In this document: positions 1 through 9,363 of the stretch, in pieces
Position numbering within the stretch: the first letter of the stretch is position 1
How the letters are laid out: the number at the start of each line of letters is the position of its first letter
Assembly (NCBI GenBank): GCA_963675525.2
Contig: CAXXSL010000019.1
Coordinates: 128,001 to 192,000 of the forward strand
Origin: Anaerohalosphaeraceae bacterium
GTDB taxonomy: Bacteria; Planctomycetota; Phycisphaerae; Sedimentisphaerales; Anaerohalosphaeraceae
Direction of reading: 5' to 3'
DNA length: 64,000 nt
Notes under the pieces: generated by a model
Databases searched by the model: none
What the model was told of the DNA's origin: nothing
What the model saw: the letters and a program-made list of their open reading frames with translations, nothing else
Program-made: the position numbers and the translations under genes

Positions 1-640
1 CAATCCATTCTTCGGTACTGGGATGCGTAACCAAGACATGATCGCCCGGCTTGATACCATTGGCATCGGCCAGCGTTACTGCAGCAGCACCTGTAGGGAC
101 AGCATCGGTGATCGTAATAGCAGTTTCTACGGATTTATCATCCCGGCCTAAAACTCGAATCAGGGTCCTGCGATCTTGTCCGGCAGCGATTAAACGTGTA
201 CCGTTCTCTCCCGGACCACTGCCCCTGAGTATGACCCCGGAGTACTTGATCACCAGTTGATTGGCGATCTCATAGTCACCCGGCCCCAGCAACACCGCTC
301 CACGTAAACCCTGTGCATCCGGCTGTAAACGTCCTACGTAATCCAGAGCCGCTTGAATGCGCTGACCATCGTCACCGGTTACCGGATTAACCATCACCTT
401 GACGGGAGCATTGGGCAGGGCTTCTTCATTGGCCTTGTAGCCGGCATAGGAGAAATCCACAACACCAGTCTTCTCGTCTTCCAGGTATTGCTCAATGGGG
501 ATAGCCCAGTGGGGATCACCACCACCCGGGGGGGAAACAGGGGACATGCCGCAGGCCGGTGAGGTAAAGGGCCAAACGCCACTATAACTCAAAACAAGGA
601 TTAGCAACGCCCCAAAAGCTCGTTTGTCGATTATTCTCAT
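1..640 (-). CDS. Secreted right-handed beta-helix (pectate lyase superfamily / DUF6298-like) protein; 3' part runs off the left edge
   Basis: Not in the ORF track; translated by hand from ATG at 640: MRIIDKRAFGALLILVLSYSG (signal-like)...VDFSYAGYK...GDDGQRIQAALD...GLRGAVLLGPGDYEI...SGVILRGSG; frame open to base 1. Confidence 0.75.
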   Translation of the reverse strand, partial: MRIIDKRAFGALLILVLSYSGVWPFTSPACGMSPVSPPGGGDPHWAIPIEQYLEDEKTGVVDFSYAGYKANEEALPNAPVKVMVNPVTGDDGQRIQAALDYVGRLQPDAQGLRGAVLLGPGDYEIANQLVIKYSGVILRGSGPGENGTRLIAAGQDRRTLIRVLGRDDKSVETAITITDAVPTGAAAVTLADANGIKPGDHVLVTHPSTEEWI

Positions 641-790
641 ATCTCGTATTCTTCGCAAATCAATTGGTCCTCTACTGCCAGCATACATTTGAAAGTTCGC
701 GATAACAGTCGAGCCATTCCAGCATGAATTCCATCACATCGTTCTTTCTCTTTATTTACAATCACTGATACCTTGTGTTCAGCAATCTAC

Positions 791-2353
791 TCAATTCGAG
801 ACCGCAGCGTCTTTCTTTGATCTGTCTATGTCTGGATTGGGCGCATTTCCAGATGCGTTAAGCATCTGAACCGCCCATTGCCATCTGTCATAATTTTTTT
901 GTATTTCTTCGCCGTTATCACGATCCGAAGCTTCGTATTTAATCTCATTTAGAACATTTTGAGGCAACTGGTCCAGATTCTGAAAGATTCCCTCCTGTAA
1001 TCCAGCCAGACAAGCTGCGCCAAACGCTGAGACATCCTGCATCCCAATATTGGTGACCTCCTTCTGCAGAATATCTGCCAGAAATTGCATAATGAATTTA
1101 TTTTGACTGATGCCGCCGTCAACCCGCAATTGCTCCAAGGGTATGTTACAGGAGGACTCCATCGCCTCAATCACATCCTTAATCTGATAAGGAATTGATT
1201 CCAATGCGGCTCGTACAATATGATTCTTATTGCAGCCCAGCGTTAACCCTGTAATCAAGGCTTTGACATCCATATTCCAGTAAGGAGCCCCCAAGCCGTT
1301 AAATGCCGGCACCAAGGTAACACCATTGCTGTTCGGTACGGATTGAGCCATCGCCTCGCTCTCTGAACTTTCCTTCAATAGCTCCAGGTTATCCCTAAGC
1401 CAGTTGATGGTTGACCCGCAGGAAACGATAATGCCTTCAAGTGCATAATCCACACGATCACCTGTGCTCCAGCAAATCGTAGCGACCATGCCGTTAGCGG
1501 ATGGAGGGCGTTTGCTTCCGGTGTTTAATAAGATTGAACATCCTGTGCCCATGGTTGCTTTGGCTGTTCCCGGCGAAAAACATCCTTCTCCGAAGGCCGC
1601 CGCATGAGAATCGCCGATCATTGCACTGATACTTATCGGGGCCGGCAGTAACCCCTCGAAATCTGATGCTCCGAAATCAAAGGATGACGGTCGGGCCTCG
1701 GGCAGCTTAAGCCCCGATAATCCAAACTGCTCAAGCAAATACCGGTCCCATGATAATTGATCAAGGTTAAAAAAGAGCGTCCGGGAAGCATTGGTATAGT
1801 CGGTATCATAACGCCGGCCTCCGGTCAGTTTATAAAGCAGCCATGTATCCACCGTGCCGAAATAAGCGTCTCCGTTTCCAACGGCGGCGTTGATTTTGTT
1901 GTCGTTTTCACATAACCAGATCAGTTTACTTGCTGAAAAATAGGGATCTGCAATTAAACCGGTGCGCTTTGTTATTTCCTGCTCCAAAGCCGAACCCTGA
2001 AGGCGGTTGCAGATATCCACGGAGCGCTTGCATTGCCAGACGATGGCCGGAGCCAAAGGCTGGCCGGAGGCATCCCACAAGCAGAACGTTTCCCGTTGAT
2101 TGCTTATTCCGCATGTCTTTATCTGACTTAAATCTTCGGATACATTTTTTCGAAACCGAGACAGGCAGGCTTTCAATGCCGACAAAACATTCTGATATAG
2201 CTCCAGCGGGTCCTGTTCAACAAAACCCGGTTGGGGATAGTAAGAGGCTAAAGGCTCCGTCCCCTTGGTTGCGATTTGCCCGTCTGTATCGAATATAACG
2301 GCTTTTGTGCCGCTGGTTCCCTGGTCAATGGCTAAAATATAATCTTTCTTCAC
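791..2353 (-). CDS. FGGY-family carbohydrate kinase (glycerol kinase-like; candidate apulose kinase)
   Basis: ILAIDQGTSGTK, ISNQRET, VWQC, GTVDTWL, TDYTNASRT, GDSHAA, DGG motifs; last gene of the isomerase-transketolase operon. Confidence 0.85.
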   Translation of the reverse strand: MKKDYILAIDQGTSGTKAVIFDTDGQIATKGTEPLASYYPQPGFVEQDPLELYQNVLSALKACLSRFRKNVSEDLSQIKTCGISNQRETFCLWDASGQPLAPAIVWQCKRSVDICNRLQGSALEQEITKRTGLIADPYFSASKLIWLCENDNKINAAVGNGDAYFGTVDTWLLYKLTGGRRYDTDYTNASRTLFFNLDQLSWDRYLLEQFGLSGLKLPEARPSSFDFGASDFEGLLPAPISISAMIGDSHAAAFGEGCFSPGTAKATMGTGCSILLNTGSKRPPSANGMVATICWSTGDRVDYALEGIIVSCGSTINWLRDNLELLKESSESEAMAQSVPNSNGVTLVPAFNGLGAPYWNMDVKALITGLTLGCNKNHIVRAALESIPYQIKDVIEAMESSCNIPLEQLRVDGGISQNKFIMQFLADILQKEVTNIGMQDVSAFGAACLAGLQEGIFQNLDQLPQNVLNEIKYEASDRDNGEEIQKNYDRWQWAVQMLNASGNAPNPDIDRSKKDAAVSN

Positions 2354-2362
2354 GAACGTTTC

Positions 2363-3316
2363 CTACTTCAATAGTGATTTCGCGGTTTGAGTAAGGCCCT
2401 CCGGCGAGATGCCGTAGTATCCCATAATTTCCAATTGGCTTCCCGTAATCGTATCTTCATCCGGAAAGCCTACGATCTTAAAAGGCACCGAAATGCCTTT
2501 CTGGAAAAGCACTGATGCACACGCCTCTCCCAGGCCGCCGGCACAACTGTGTTCTTCTACCGTAATGACAGCTTGACACTCTTGGCCTGCTTTCAAAACA
2601 GCATCTTCGTCCAGAGGCTTAACTGTATGCATGCTGATTACGCGAGCGGTAATGCCTTCACGCTCCAGAGCCTCAGCAGCCAATGCCGCCTGTATAACGG
2701 CTTCACCGGTTGCAATAAAGGCAACGTCGTCACCCGGACAAACGAGCAGGGACTTGCCTACGACGAATGAGGTGTCGGGATTGTGCAGATGGGGCATGGC
2801 TCTCTTGCCGAAACGAATAAAGACAGGATGGCACATGTCGGCTGCTGCTTTTACGGCTTCGGACGTTTCAAAATTGTCTGCAGGGACGATAATTGTACAG
2901 TTGTGAATTGCACGCATGACAGCCAAATCGTGCAGGGAGTGATGGGTAGAACCCAGCGCACCATAACTGACACCGGAACTAATGGCAATCAGTTTGACCG
3001 GCTGATCAGAATAACAAACGTCATTTTTAACCTGTTCCAGCGCCCGTGTTGTCAGAAAGCTGCCGGGAGATACCGCAAATACAATTTTTCCCGCGGAGGC
3101 CAATCCGGCAGCGACCCCAACCAGATTTTGTTCGGCAATCCCGATTTCAACGATTTGATCGGGCAGGGCTTTGGCAAAAGGCTGCAGTTTGCCTGAACCG
3201 CGTGAATCACTCGTTACAGCCAATACATTCTTATTTTTTTGGGCAATCTCCAACAAGGTTTGAGAAAAAACTTCCAGGTTGGCTTTACCGGTCTCAATGA
3301 CAGGATCTAAACTCAT
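2363..3316 (-). CDS. Transketolase C-terminal (pyrimidine-binding) subunit
   Basis: EIGIAEQNLVGVAAGLA, GSTHHS, TVKPLD, TVEEH, GGLG; start overlaps the stop of the N-terminal subunit gene. Confidence 0.92.
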   Translation of the reverse strand: MSLDPVIETGKANLEVFSQTLLEIAQKNKNVLAVTSDSRGSGKLQPFAKALPDQIVEIGIAEQNLVGVAAGLASAGKIVFAVSPGSFLTTRALEQVKNDVCYSDQPVKLIAISSGVSYGALGSTHHSLHDLAVMRAIHNCTIIVPADNFETSEAVKAAADMCHPVFIRFGKRAMPHLHNPDTSFVVGKSLLVCPGDDVAFIATGEAVIQAALAAEALEREGITARVISMHTVKPLDEDAVLKAGQECQAVITVEEHSCAGGLGEACASVLFQKGISVPFKIVGFPDEDTITGSQLEIMGYYGISPEGLTQTAKSLLK

Positions 3317-4143
3317 AAACCTACCTCCTGTAATCGTGACTTGAGTTCTGAGATTGCCAATTCATACTGTTGGTCATTGGGTACACCATGATGCCATTTG
3401 GCTTCATTCTCCATAAAACGAACTCCTTTACCCTTGATTGTATTGGCGATAACCATATTGGGCTTCCCCGGTTCGAAAGGAGTTGCACAGAAAACATCTC
3501 CGAGAGCGGTTACATCGTGGCCATCGACAGTTCGCACAGACCATCCGAAAGACGTAAATTTATCATGCAGGTTTTCCAATGCACAAACATCCTCTGTACA
3601 GCCGGTTATCTGAAGTCGGTTGCGGTCAATGATAGCCGTCAGATTATCCAGGTGATAATGCGAGGCGGTCATCATCGATTCCCAATTCGAACCTTCTGCC
3701 AATTCGCCGTCACCCAGCAATGTGAAAACACGGTAATCGAGACGATCCATTTTGCCGCTTAAAGCCACCCCGACGCTGAATGCCAGGCCATGTCCTAAAG
3801 CGCCGGTATTCTGTTCGATCCCTTTGATCTTACGTGTGGGATGTCCCACATAGGGCGACTTGAATTGACAAAGCGTTTGCAGGTCTGACTCCGGGAAAAA
3901 TCCCCTGTCTGACAAAACCACATACAAAGCCTCAACCGAATGCCCTTTGCTTTGAACATAACGGTCTCGTCCGGGGTCGTTGAAGGTTTCCGGCGAGACA
4001 TTCAAAACCCGATTATACAGAACATTTAAGATATCCACACAGGATAAGCTTCCACCGGTATGACCGGTGTTTGCTTTCTTGATATACTCCAGCAGCCGGA
4101 TTCGGTACTGGATAGACTTCATGATCAGTTTATCATTAATCAT
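3313..4143 (-). CDS. Transketolase N-terminal (ThDP-binding) subunit
   Basis: GHTGGSLS, DRYVQSKGH, TGALGHG, ThDP motif GDGELAEG...DRN, TIKGKG, WHHG. Confidence 0.93.
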   Translation of the reverse strand: MINDKLIMKSIQYRIRLLEYIKKANTGHTGGSLSCVDILNVLYNRVLNVSPETFNDPGRDRYVQSKGHSVEALYVVLSDRGFFPESDLQTLCQFKSPYVGHPTRKIKGIEQNTGALGHGLAFSVGVALSGKMDRLDYRVFTLLGDGELAEGSNWESMMTASHYHLDNLTAIIDRNRLQITGCTEDVCALENLHDKFTSFGWSVRTVDGHDVTALGDVFCATPFEPGKPNMVIANTIKGKGVRFMENEAKWHHGVPNDQQYELAISELKSRLQEVGL

Positions 4144-4215
4144 TGCTTTTATATGTCCCTGTTATCATGGTCGTTTTGTCTACTATCACAACTGCAGGTG
4201 TTGCATGCTTTAGCT

Positions 4216-5640
4216 TTATTTGTGATGATACAGATTCCAGCCGAGATACTTTGTCAGGGCTTCATTTATCACTTCAGCACAGTGCGTTCGTGTCATTGCC
4301 ACATGATGTTCGAAGCCATTCTGGCACAGATAGGCCAGCAGTGCTCTGAGCCGCTCGACTTTGCATATAGCGATGCCTCCGTCCATCCCGAAAGGATCCT
4401 CTGTAAACTGACCCTCTCCAAGGTATGATGTGATTTGCCCTTTTGTGTCATCGGTTGAAATCCGGAAAAAGGACATCGGTCCGGGTGCCACATTGCCCTT
4501 GATGGCGCCAAAACATTTATCGCGATCGATGACCGTTCCCAAAACATCCAATTTCGAAATCTCGATTTCATTCCCCATGAAACTCTTGGGGTAATTGCTG
4601 CAGTGCGTACAGACACATTTGTCACGCTCATTTCCATAATTATTGTTCCAGTCCAACAGAGCCGGGATATTACCGCTTGCCAGCAGGAGGGCATACATCG
4701 AAACAACGCCGGCTACATCCGTCTCGCAGGCGCTGGGCATGTATCGTTCGCCCATCATCGACATCGACAGGCATGTTGCGCAGCCGTAGTTGTTTTCGAT
4801 AGACTCCCAGCATTGGATCGCGCTGGCATCCAGTTCGTTTTCGTCCATCAGTTCATCAAAGACAACGGATAATTTAGCCTGCTTCAAGACACATTCAGCA
4901 TTAATGTCCGCCGGAATTTTGCCGTAATCTCTGATTGCTGTGAGCTTTTCTTTGACCGCTGCGGCCGCCGCATCCATTTGTTGTGCCCTGGCGATGATTT
5001 CGGAAAGATCGATGGGGACGACTGTAATTCCGGAAGCCTGGAGAATTTTTTCGCTGTATCGGACTGTCTGAAAAGCGGCGGGTCGGGTTCCGAATGCACC
5101 GATGCGGGCATTTTTGAGCCCCTTGACCACACGACATACGGCCGCGAAATTTTTCACGTCTTCAGCAAAGACATCGCTATCAATATCACAGGTGTGTTCG
5201 GTGGTGTCGGTAAACGGTATCTTGTATTGATACAGGTTGTTACAAACAGAAATCTTGCCGCAGAAAGCATCTCGCCGGCTCTTTACGTTAACCTTGTCGA
5301 TATCATCATTGCAGGCCTGAACGAGAACCGGTACATCGAGCCTTGCCATTTCCAAAGTCTGAACAATGCCCAATTCATCGCCGAAATTCGGCAAAATAAT
5401 GAGTATGCCGTCAATTGAATCGCTATGGGTCTTAAATAACTCAGCACATACCTTGGCATCGGCACGGGTTTCAATTGCTCCGGCGGGCGTCGCCTGTTTG
5501 TCAGGTATGACATATCCAAATCCCAATCGGTCCAGCAGGGCAATCAGTTTTTTTCGCTCTGTCGAGGCAAGTTGTGCATTGAAAATATTACGTGTTCCCA
5601 CAACCAGACCAAAGGTTACTTTCTTTTGCACCATTTTCAT
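4216..5640 (-). CDS. L-fucose/L-arabinose isomerase-like protein
   Basis: 474 aa; NFGDE, RRDAFCGKISVCNNL, AIQCW, ACETD, HCSN, NGFEHHVA typical of the FucI/AraA-like family. Confidence 0.85.
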   Translation of the reverse strand: MKMVQKKVTFGLVVGTRNIFNAQLASTERKKLIALLDRLGFGYVIPDKQATPAGAIETRADAKVCAELFKTHSDSIDGILIILPNFGDELGIVQTLEMARLDVPVLVQACNDDIDKVNVKSRRDAFCGKISVCNNLYQYKIPFTDTTEHTCDIDSDVFAEDVKNFAAVCRVVKGLKNARIGAFGTRPAAFQTVRYSEKILQASGITVVPIDLSEIIARAQQMDAAAAAVKEKLTAIRDYGKIPADINAECVLKQAKLSVVFDELMDENELDASAIQCWESIENNYGCATCLSMSMMGERYMPSACETDVAGVVSMYALLLASGNIPALLDWNNNYGNERDKCVCTHCSNYPKSFMGNEIEISKLDVLGTVIDRDKCFGAIKGNVAPGPMSFFRISTDDTKGQITSYLGEGQFTEDPFGMDGGIAICKVERLRALLAYLCQNGFEHHVAMTRTHCAEVINEALTKYLGWNLYHHK

Positions 5641-5675
5641 ATATGAATCCCTTAATTTAACCCAGGAAAACAGGT

Positions 5676-5912
5676 TTATATCGAATACCTGCTGTGTATT
5701 TTATCAAAAGCGACGGCCAGCAGTATCACGCCGCCCTTGACGACCAATTGTAATTCTTCCCGTACTCCCATCAGGACCAGTCCATTGGCCAGTATTCCAA
5801 TAATTAGACATCCCAAAACCGTACCCAGGATAGTTCCGCGTCCGCCCGAAAGCGAAGTCCCCCCGATGACCACCGCAGCAATGGCTTCCAACTCATACGT
5901 TTCACCGGCCAA
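5676..5912 (-). pseudogene. 3' remnant of an RbsC-type sugar ABC permease
   Basis: Only the C-terminal 78 aa (YELEAIAAVVIGGTSLSGGRGTILGTVLG...LQLVVKGGVILLAV); in-frame stops immediately upstream, then AT-rich non-coding DNA. Confidence 0.85.
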
Positions 5913-6385
5913 TACTTAACATCCCTAATGTCGCCACAAATGGAGGAATCTTGAACCGAACAACTTTAAATCCATTCGTATACCATCTAGAACTGCTAGA
6001 TAATAGTTATTTCTATCAGAGTATAATATATTGTTGCTCCAAAAGAAATCATTTTATTGCTGCTTTTGGCCAGGCTAATCTGAATCCGCTGTCGAGATAT
6101 TCAGCTTCTAATTATAGATTCGTTGATAATACAGAGACAATATAAACATGTACTCTGTGTAATCAAGAGTTCCATTTTTTTGTTTCAAAATACAACCCTA
6201 TGTGGACATTTATTGTATTAATACTAAATGCATCTTCTTATGGTTGGTTTGAGCATTTATTCCGGAGAATTTGAAAAAAGATTTGCGTTTTCATTCAACA
6301 TGCGGATTTGAGTTATCTCTTTGTTTGGTAGAGATTTATGTGTAAATTGCACTCTGATAAAAAAATTCAAATTAGGCCTTGAATA

Positions 6386-6430
6386 GACTCATAACCCGGA
6401 GATCGTTGGTTTGAACCCAGCCTTGATACT
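6386..6430 (+). pseudogene. Degenerate 3' half of a tRNA-Met(CAT), initiator-like; probable att-site relic
   Basis: GACTCATAACCCGGAGATCGTTGGTTTGAACCCAGCC follows the fMet pattern CTCATAACCCGAAGGTCGTCGGTTCAAATCCGGCC from the anticodon loop onward; no 5' half. Confidence 0.65.
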
Positions 6431-6825
6431 TACATAAGTCCTTATAATAAAGTTACTTGCGGTTTTTTTTGTACGCAGTTATGTCAAAAATAGCAATCGG
6501 CTTGTCTCGGTGTGCCGGTCATTTCTGGGAAAAAAGCCTGAGCCTCGGACTTGTCCAGTTGCCGGTCAAAAGGCAAAGTTGATGCCTGACCTGCTACCTT
6601 CATCAATTTTCCGCATTACGGGAGGCTTTATTTTCACCCAAATTTCACTCGACATAGGTAGCAAAGTCTACAAAATCGCTTATATCAACGACTTGTATTT
6701 CCCTATGTTATAGCAGTCTGAGAGCGGCAATGCAAATGAACTCTATTCAAATGGCTAACCGACAACCACCTTAGAAGCGTTAATTCCATAACTCCAACTT
6801 CGATTTCTATCTCCAGGCAACAATG

Positions 6826-7989
6826 TCACTTTTCAGAAAGTTTAAAGATTTCGCTTCCAGCCAGCAAAAACGCTCCGACACCGAAATCATCGTGATTCGG
6901 TACTTTGTCAGACGTCACCGGCTGGCCGGCGGAGGGTTCTTTGCCGGTGCCTTGCACATAGCCGAGAAAACCGTTTTTGTGCAGGCTGTCGGTGACCATA
7001 GCGTTCCATCCCTTGACGGCCGCCGGCAGATAGGTTTCTTTTTCCAACAGATTGTTCCTGACGCCCCAAGCTAATCCGTACGTGAAAAAAGCCGTTCCGG
7101 TTGTTTCTTTCCCCCCGTAATTGGTTGGATCATGAAGGCTGACATTCCAGAAACCATCGGGTCGCTGAACCTGTATCAAAGCGGAAGCCATTTCTTTGAA
7201 GGTTTTGGCATATTCATCACGATGGGGCGCATCGGAAGGCATGATATCAAGTACTCGAACAAGTGCCGCAAAAACCCACCCGTTACCTCGTGACCAATAG
7301 CAATCCTCACCGTTGGGCTCTTTGTACGGCGGATCATAATCTTTGTCCCGCCACCACAAATGATCCTCGGGATTGTATAGACCATGGGTTCCATGCGATT
7401 GTTTGGTGTACGTATACATTTGAAACATTTTCTCGAAATACCTGTCATCATCATAAAGCACGCCCAGGCGGGCAAAGACCGGCATGGCCATCTGCATAGC
7501 ATCAATCCACCACCAGTCATCATTTTGGGGATTGTTCACGATGTAGTCAATGTTTGCCTTGATATTGGAAATGCGCTCGGGTTTCGGATCAATGTTGTAC
7601 AAGTCGATGTAGGTTTGCCCGCAGCACTGGTCGTCGGCATTGCGGGTTTGATTGCCGTTTCGCAGACTCCAATTGTGTGCATCGCCCCACTGCACAGCAT
7701 AATCATAATAGCGTTTCTGCGGGTCAATCTCATATAATGCTATCAAGCCTTCATAGTAAGTTCCGCGCGTCCAGATGTTGCTGGGCCGAGCTCTGTTGGT
7801 GACGATTTCTTTGCCGGGATCAGGCCATTCTTTCATGAAGTAGTCATTGGCCAGTGTCATATTGGACAACACGGCGGCTTTATCGGGTACACTGGAACAG
7901 GACGAGCCTGTGAATACTAAAAGGCCCCATAAAAAACATTGTATTGCCAAACGTATCTTTTTGTTAAACTTCATAACCATTCCTTTCAC
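6826..7989 (-). CDS. GH88/GH105 unsaturated (rhamno)galacturonyl hydrolase, probable lipoprotein
   Basis: NADDQCCGQ, WWWIDAMQMAMP, LWWRD, YWSRGNGWV, ETTGTAFF; lipobox-like TGSSC. Confidence 0.9.
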   Translation of the reverse strand: MKGMVMKFNKKIRLAIQCFLWGLLVFTGSSCSSVPDKAAVLSNMTLANDYFMKEWPDPGKEIVTNRARPSNIWTRGTYYEGLIALYEIDPQKRYYDYAVQWGDAHNWSLRNGNQTRNADDQCCGQTYIDLYNIDPKPERISNIKANIDYIVNNPQNDDWWWIDAMQMAMPVFARLGVLYDDDRYFEKMFQMYTYTKQSHGTHGLYNPEDHLWWRDKDYDPPYKEPNGEDCYWSRGNGWVFAALVRVLDIMPSDAPHRDEYAKTFKEMASALIQVQRPDGFWNVSLHDPTNYGGKETTGTAFFTYGLAWGVRNNLLEKETYLPAAVKGWNAMVTDSLHKNGFLGYVQGTGKEPSAGQPVTSDKVPNHDDFGVGAFLLAGSEIFKLSEK

Positions 7990-8017
7990 AGTTCATTTAT
8001 GGTTATCAATTTCTCGT

Positions 8018-9325
8018 TTACTGAGCATTTTTGCGAATGATCGGTTCACCCTGTTCGACCTGGATATCCAGCCCGGAAAGGTCCAGTCCTTCTACATGCT
8101 CAAGGGTAAATCCCCGTTGGGCTTTGATCCGGCAGTTTTTGAAGGTCACATCCCGGACGGGGCTGCCTTCCAGGCCGTGCATATCACCGACCAAATCGGT
8201 GGTGCCGGAGACGTTGATGATGTTGACATTTCGGACGACGGGCAGCGGGTCTGACGGAGGTTTGAGGGGTGGCCGCATGCGCCAGGCCATATTGAACTCA
8301 AACGCCTTACGTGTATTGTTCAGCACGATATCCCGGTAGGTGATATTCTCGACCACACCTCCGCGGCTGGGCTGGGATTTAAAGCGAATCGGCGCCCAGT
8401 TGTCGGCGTCCATGATGCAATTGCGAATCTCTACATTGCGAATGCCGCCGGACATCTCGCTGCCCATTGATACGCCGCCATGACCATATCGAAAGTGACA
8501 TTTTTCCACAAGGATATCCTCGGCCGGACGATTGACGCGACGGCCGTCTTCATCCTTGCCGGATTTAATGGCGATACAGTCGTCATTAACGTCGATGTCA
8601 CAATCCGTGATGTGTACAGTCCGGCTCGAATCTATGTCTATGCCGTCTGAACTGATGATGTTGTGTGCTGCTCGAATCGTCAAGCCTTGCACCAGAACAT
8701 TTTCCGAGTAGAGAATAAACAATCCCCAACACGCCTGGTCCTTTAATGATAGGTTGCACACGACGACATCATTGCAGTTCTGTATAGCGATCAGGCGCGG
8801 ACGACCTGTACGCAATTGGCGGCTGTTTCTTGGAAACCGTTCCATCCATTGATCTCCGGAACCGTCGATCAAGCCTTCGCCCGTCAGGTCAACATCGGTC
8901 ATGTCAAAAAAATTCAGCAGGGCAGCGGTCCAGGCCATTTCCTCACCTTCCCAGCGTGTATCGACTTTGGGATAATCGTTCGGATTGACCGTGCCTTTGA
9001 GCACACCGCCTTTTACCACGTGCAGATCCACGCCCTGTTTGAAAAACACCGAACCTGTCAGAAATGTCCCTTCGGGAATGATCAGTACGCCGCCTCCGCC
9101 GGATTGGCAGGCGTCAATAGCGGACTGGATTGTCTTGGTATTCACTGTATTGCCGTCGCCGATAGCGCCGAAATCAGTGATAAGATATTGTTTGGTTGAT
9201 TCCACATTACACGCGTTAAGCATGTTCGGTTCTGATGTGCCGCTGGCTTCGTTAGACTGCGTGCAACTGACAGCGGAAACGATTAAAAGTGCCAAACTCC
9301 ATTGAAAAATCGTTGTATTCTTCAT
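8018..9325 (-). CDS. GH28 polygalacturonase-family hydrolase, probable lipoprotein
   Basis: SSDGIDID, DDCIAIKSG, GHGGVSMGSE, IRFKS; start moved to ATG 9325 (AAAAGGGA upstream, lipobox SAVSC). Confidence 0.9.
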   Translation of the reverse strand: MKNTTIFQWSLALLIVSAVSCTQSNEASGTSEPNMLNACNVESTKQYLITDFGAIGDGNTVNTKTIQSAIDACQSGGGGVLIIPEGTFLTGSVFFKQGVDLHVVKGGVLKGTVNPNDYPKVDTRWEGEEMAWTAALLNFFDMTDVDLTGEGLIDGSGDQWMERFPRNSRQLRTGRPRLIAIQNCNDVVVCNLSLKDQACWGLFILYSENVLVQGLTIRAAHNIISSDGIDIDSSRTVHITDCDIDVNDDCIAIKSGKDEDGRRVNRPAEDILVEKCHFRYGHGGVSMGSEMSGGIRNVEIRNCIMDADNWAPIRFKSQPSRGGVVENITYRDIVLNNTRKAFEFNMAWRMRPPLKPPSDPLPVVRNVNIINVSGTTDLVGDMHGLEGSPVRDVTFKNCRIKAQRGFTLEHVEGLDLSGLDIQVEQGEPIIRKNAQ

Positions 9326-9363
9326 TGTCAAATCCCTTTTGTCGCTACGGTTTTTCTGAACCA

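Noticed and set aside
51..582. Three short ORFs in the track
   Set aside because: All overlap the minus-strand beta-helix gene 1-640, which the track missed because it has no stop in the window
791..2353. Calling this gene glpK
   Set aside because: No glpD/glpF nearby; context points to another FGGY substrate
6386..6430. Functional tRNA-Met
   Set aside because: 5' half absent and T loop mutated; kept only as a relic
5951..6713. ORFs 5951-6145 and 6510-6713; possible IS ends
   Set aside because: No motifs, terminal inverted repeats or transposase fragments that I can support
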